64,000 nucleotides of DNA. Origin: Chloroflexota bacterium. GTDB lineage: Bacteria; Chloroflexota; UBA11872; VXOZ01. This document shows, in pieces, positions 60,740 through 64,000 of the stretch. The DNA lies in assembly GCA_964291655.2 (NCBI GenBank), contig OZ219802.1:896001-960000 (forward strand), read 5' to 3'. Positions within the stretch are counted from its first letter, which is position 1. Every line of letters begins with the position of its first letter. The notes below the pieces were generated by a model that saw only the letters and a list, made by a program, of their open reading frames with translations, ran no database searches and was not told where the DNA came from. The translations under genes were made by a program, and so were the position numbers.

Positions 60740-60888
60740 ACGTACTGGGCGAAGCGACCGGCCGGCTGCTTCCAACGGCCAAGGATTGACCGGATGTGCC
60801 CCCGGCCGGACCTCACCTAACACCAAAGAGCTCAGCTTCCAGTGGGCTGTGCCGCTCGGCAGGCCTTGGCTTTTGCCAATATCTGTCG

Positions 60889-61166
60889 CTAGTGGTTCGA
60901 CACGACTGAATTGCTGGGTAGCGTAGTCCCTTCGACAGAGCCGAAACGCTCAGGACTCGCTTGCAACCCCGTATCACGCACGGAGCAGGCCCTGCGCGAT
61001 CTTGCCGTATCGCAGGGTGAGCACACCAAACCGAGGGGCAGGGCACAGGTTACAAACCTGTGCTACCGGAACACCTTCCCTTCTATGGAAATTCCTACCC
61101 ATCTACCGGAGTTCTTACCCTTCTACCGGCGCGCCTACCCATCACCGCAAAGTTGCCCAACCACTC
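60889..61166. mobile_element. CTAG/TA-ended composite MITE (diverged, with an internal ~30-bp duplication)
   Basis: Left end CTAGTGGTTCGACACG; same internal modules as 26140-26393. Confidence 0.78.
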
Positions 61167-61371
61167 GGTTTTTTCGACTGAATGCGAAAGCGGTGTGCGC
61201 CGGGGCGTGCCGATCTTAGAAGGTGTTTGCGATGCCGGCAAGAACCGTTCGTACTTCGACAAGTCCTTGTGGAAGCCTCCTCAGCACGAACGGTTCTGGA
61301 TCAAGGGTTTTTTCTGGACTGCTGCTGGTACGCGAGGTGACTCTGCCTTGCGACAGCTTTCAACTCCCCAG

Positions 61372-61606
61372 GAGACCTTTGCGCAACTCAAGCGGTAGCG
61401 AAATAGTTCCCTCTCCCTCGACGGGAGAGGGCTAGGGTGAGGGTGGATCTCCTGAAATCTCTCCATATGCACACCAAATCTGCCCTGATACGTCTTGACA
61501 CTGCCCAAGATAAAGGGCCATAGTAGCAAAAAGACCCCCTCACCCCAACCCTCTCCCCCAGGAGAGGGAGTTCCCCTGCTTGAAAGTGGGGTTATGCAAA
61601 GGTCTC
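61372..61606. mobile_element. GAGACC-TIR MITE (235 bp)
   Basis: TIRs plus TSD CCCAG; near-identical to 18295-18528. Confidence 0.9.
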
Positions 61607-61722
61607 CCCAGGATCCCGCACCTGCCTCTGCTTCCTCTGTAAACTCGCTCGCCGTGGACTTTCGCAAAGGATTGCTTGTTTCCCCTCACGTCAATCGCAG
61701 GCGCAATTGTCAGCCTCAATTG

Positions 61723-61958
61723 GAGACCTTTGCGAAACCCAAGTGGAAGCGACAGTGTTCCCTCTCCCTCGACGGGAGAGGGCTAGGGTGAGGGTGAATT
61801 TCTTGAAATCTCTCCAATTGCACACTGAATTTGCCCTGCTACGTCTTGACACTGCCCAGCGTAAAGGGCCTTTTTAGCATAGAGACCCCTTCACCCCCAA
61901 CCATCTCCCCCAGGAGAGTGAGTGCCCCTGCTTGAATGTGGGGTTATGCAAAGGTCTC
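61723..61958. mobile_element. GAGACC-TIR MITE (236 bp)
   Basis: TIRs plus TSD AATTG. Confidence 0.9.
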
Positions 61959-62038
61959 AATTGGAAGTGCACGCCGGGGAGATTATACTCATAGACGGCA
62001 GACCTCTCTCGACATGCGTAACGAGGTAAGCGCGTCCT

Positions 62039-63388
62039 GTGAATAACAAGGAAGAATTCACTCTACCCGTCTTCAGTTTGCGCCGCAGATTCAATCAGCT
62101 GATTCTGCTTGTATTCCTGTTACTTCTGCTGGCCGTTTGGGGCAGCATTGCCATCTATTTTGCCTTCGCGAGTATCCGGGAGTTGCTACAAGCTGATCCT
62201 GCCGCGCTCGCCCGTGCGGAAGGGGCCGCCGCTCCCGCGATTGCCGTGCCGATCGAGACTTTGCAGCAGCTATCCACGGGGTTACTGCAGGCGCTGGCCG
62301 TAGGCATCATAGTCGCGCTCGTCTTGGCGTTTATCATGTTCACGTTTGTCACTGCCGGCGTGCGCACCGTAGCTTTGGAGGTCTGGATTCGCCGCATGGG
62401 AGCAGGCGACTTGGAGTACAAAGTTGAGATAGAAGGCAACGACGAACTCGCTGAATCGGCGCGGGCCCTCGAGGAGCTCAGGCAACGTTCCATCAAAGCC
62501 ATGCAACTCGATCTTGTAAGAGAGCTCTCGGAAGACCTGGAACGCAAAAACCAGGAACTGGAACGCGTCGTGACTGAGCTTCAGCAGACGCAGGAGCAAA
62601 TAATCCTTCGCGAAAAGCTCGCTGAGCTTGGCGAGCTAACTGCCGGAGTCGCGCACGAGATCAGGAATCCGCTCAACTTCATGAAGAACTTCTCAGAAGC
62701 ATCGGATGAGCTGCTTGCCGAGCTAAAAGTGACGCTCGATCATAACGCCGCAGAGCTGGATCAAGCAAACCGGCAGCTCATCGATGACATTTGTCAGAAC
62801 TTAGCCGAAAACTTGGAACGCATTCGTTCCCACGGCGATCGCGCGAACCGCATTGTGCGCGACATGCTGATGCTCGGCCGCGGCGGCGGCGCGATGCAGC
62901 TCGTGGACATTAATGACTTGCTCAAAGAACATACAATGCTTGCCTTCCATAGTGCTTGCGCCCTGGAGCCGGATTTCCGCTTAGACATCGAAGAAGAGCT
63001 CGACCAAGATGCAGGTCGAGTGCCCGTGATCTCAGAAGACCTGGGGCGCGTTTTCCTGAATATGGTCGGAAACGCGTGTTATGCAACGGACGAGAAGCGA
63101 CGACTGCGCGAAGCCCAGGGTGAGCCTTACACGCCGACTCTTTGGATTCGGACAAAGAAAGTAGCAGACGCAGTCGAAATCCGCATTCGAGACAACGGCA
63201 CCGGCATTCCGGCGGACGTCATGGAAAAGGTGTTCAACCCGTTCTTCACGACCAAGCCGGCCGACAAGGGCACCGGCCTAGGCCTCAGCCTCTCAAATGA
63301 CATCGTGCGACAGCACGGCGGCTCCATTGCGCCCACGTCCGAACCCGGTGAATTCACGGAGATGACAATCTCCATCCCGGTTTCCTAG
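62039..63388 (+). CDS. Membrane sensor histidine kinase (HAMP, NtrB-like)
   Basis: Two TMs, HAMP, AHEIRNPLNF H-box, N-box, DNGTG, FNPFFTTK and GTGLGLS. Confidence 0.93.
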   Translation: MNNKEEFTLPVFSLRRRFNQLILLVFLLLLLAVWGSIAIYFAFASIRELLQADPAALARAEGAAAPAIAVPIETLQQLSTGLLQALAVGIIVALVLAFIMFTFVTAGVRTVALEVWIRRMGAGDLEYKVEIEGNDELAESARALEELRQRSIKAMQLDLVRELSEDLERKNQELERVVTELQQTQEQIILREKLAELGELTAGVAHEIRNPLNFMKNFSEASDELLAELKVTLDHNAAELDQANRQLIDDICQNLAENLERIRSHGDRANRIVRDMLMLGRGGGAMQLVDINDLLKEHTMLAFHSACALEPDFRLDIEEELDQDAGRVPVISEDLGRVFLNMVGNACYATDEKRRLREAQGEPYTPTLWIRTKKVADAVEIRIRDNGTGIPADVMEKVFNPFFTTKPADKGTGLGLSLSNDIVRQHGGSIAPTSEPGEFTEMTISIPVS

Positions 63389-63592
63389 GACTTGGTGACA
63401 GACTCCAAGTGGAGCAGTCCTCGGCTAGCTCGAACGAAGGGGGCAGGGGTTTCATCTACTGCGGCATTAGACCCAGTCGAGATCGGCAATTCCGCCTGCT
63501 CTGCGGGGCATCAGCCAGAGCACACCGGTTGGAGACCCAGCCCTCTAGCGCGGGATCCCCCTGGCGAACCTCAACGCCCTGAGGATCAGGGG

Positions 63593-64000
63593 CTAGCCAC
63601 CGGCAACTTCCGCAGGTTCCTTGACGGCCTTGTCCTCTGCAGCACCAGTTTGAGGGGTAGGAGGACGCGAACTTGCAAAGTCGCAGTCTGGATACCTGGA
63701 ACAGCTATAGAAGACGCTGCGCCGCTTGTTGAGTTTGCGCACCACGTCCCCTTCACCGCACTTCGGGCAATCCACGCCAATGGTATCCATGTAGGGTTTC
63801 GTGTTCTTGCACTGCGGAAAGCCGCTGCAACCAATGAACTTACCGAACCGCCCATTGCGAAGGAGAAGAGGTTTGCCGCACTCTTCACAATCCTCGCCGG
63901 TTTCTTCCACGGGGGGTCTGACGCGCTCCGCCTCCTGGTCGGCCTTCTCTAACGCGGCATCGAAGCCACCGTAGAACTCCTTGAGGACCGGTGTCCATTG
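63593..64000 (-). CDS. topA: DNA topoisomerase I, C-terminal zinc-ribbon region (partial)
   Basis: W..VLKEFY, CEECG...[15 protein letters not shown] and CPKC...[10 protein letters not shown]; the frame is open to the window end. Confidence 0.92.
   Translation of the reverse strand, partial: QWTPVLKEFYGGFDAALEKADQEAERVRPPVEETGEDCEECGKPLLLRNGRFGKFIGCSGFPQCKNTKPYMDTIGVDCPKCGEGDVVRKLNKRRSVFYSCSRYPDCDFASSRPPTPQTGAAEDKAVKEPAEVAGG

Noticed and set aside
63392-63952. 186-aa plus-strand ORF after the histidine kinase as a response regulator
   Set aside because: No receiver-domain motifs; it overlaps topA on the opposite strand.

Overview
A 64-kb, GC-rich bacterial chromosomal segment, most likely Chloroflexota. 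That inference rests on Chloroflexi-type cell-surface domains in two exported proteins and on the style of the Tat/lipoprotein SBPs. Housekeeping genes include rlmD, an orphan groEL, mutL, hsp20, recN, nadK and the 3' end of topA. Catabolic genes include a BHMT-like methyltransferase, a dimethylglycine dehydrogenase-like GcvT protein, a sarcosine oxidase-like SolA, three amidohydrolases, two DUF3604/PHP hydrolases, GNATs, a nitrilase and an aapJJQMP amino-acid ABC transporter. There is also a GT4x3/GH/flippase envelope-glycan cluster. The most unusual signal is intergenic. At least five REP-like palindrome families occur, and they act both as cargo and as targets for several non-autonomous elements. 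(i) A ~235-bp MITE with GAGACCTTTGC terminal inverted repeats and 5-6 bp target duplications carries a REP doublet and inserts into the loop of the same REP, building nested stacks. (ii) An IS481 and its MITE, and an IS1182, all sit at the same REP hairpin position. (iii) Two further MITE families are present. A 4x96-bp GTAG-REP array at the left edge lies next to a truncated gene whose N-terminus hints at a RAYT. A low-GC, standalone gene fusing a wHTH-like domain to a Cap12-type TIR domain is a candidate undescribed anti-phage gene. No rRNA, tRNA or CRISPR array was seen.
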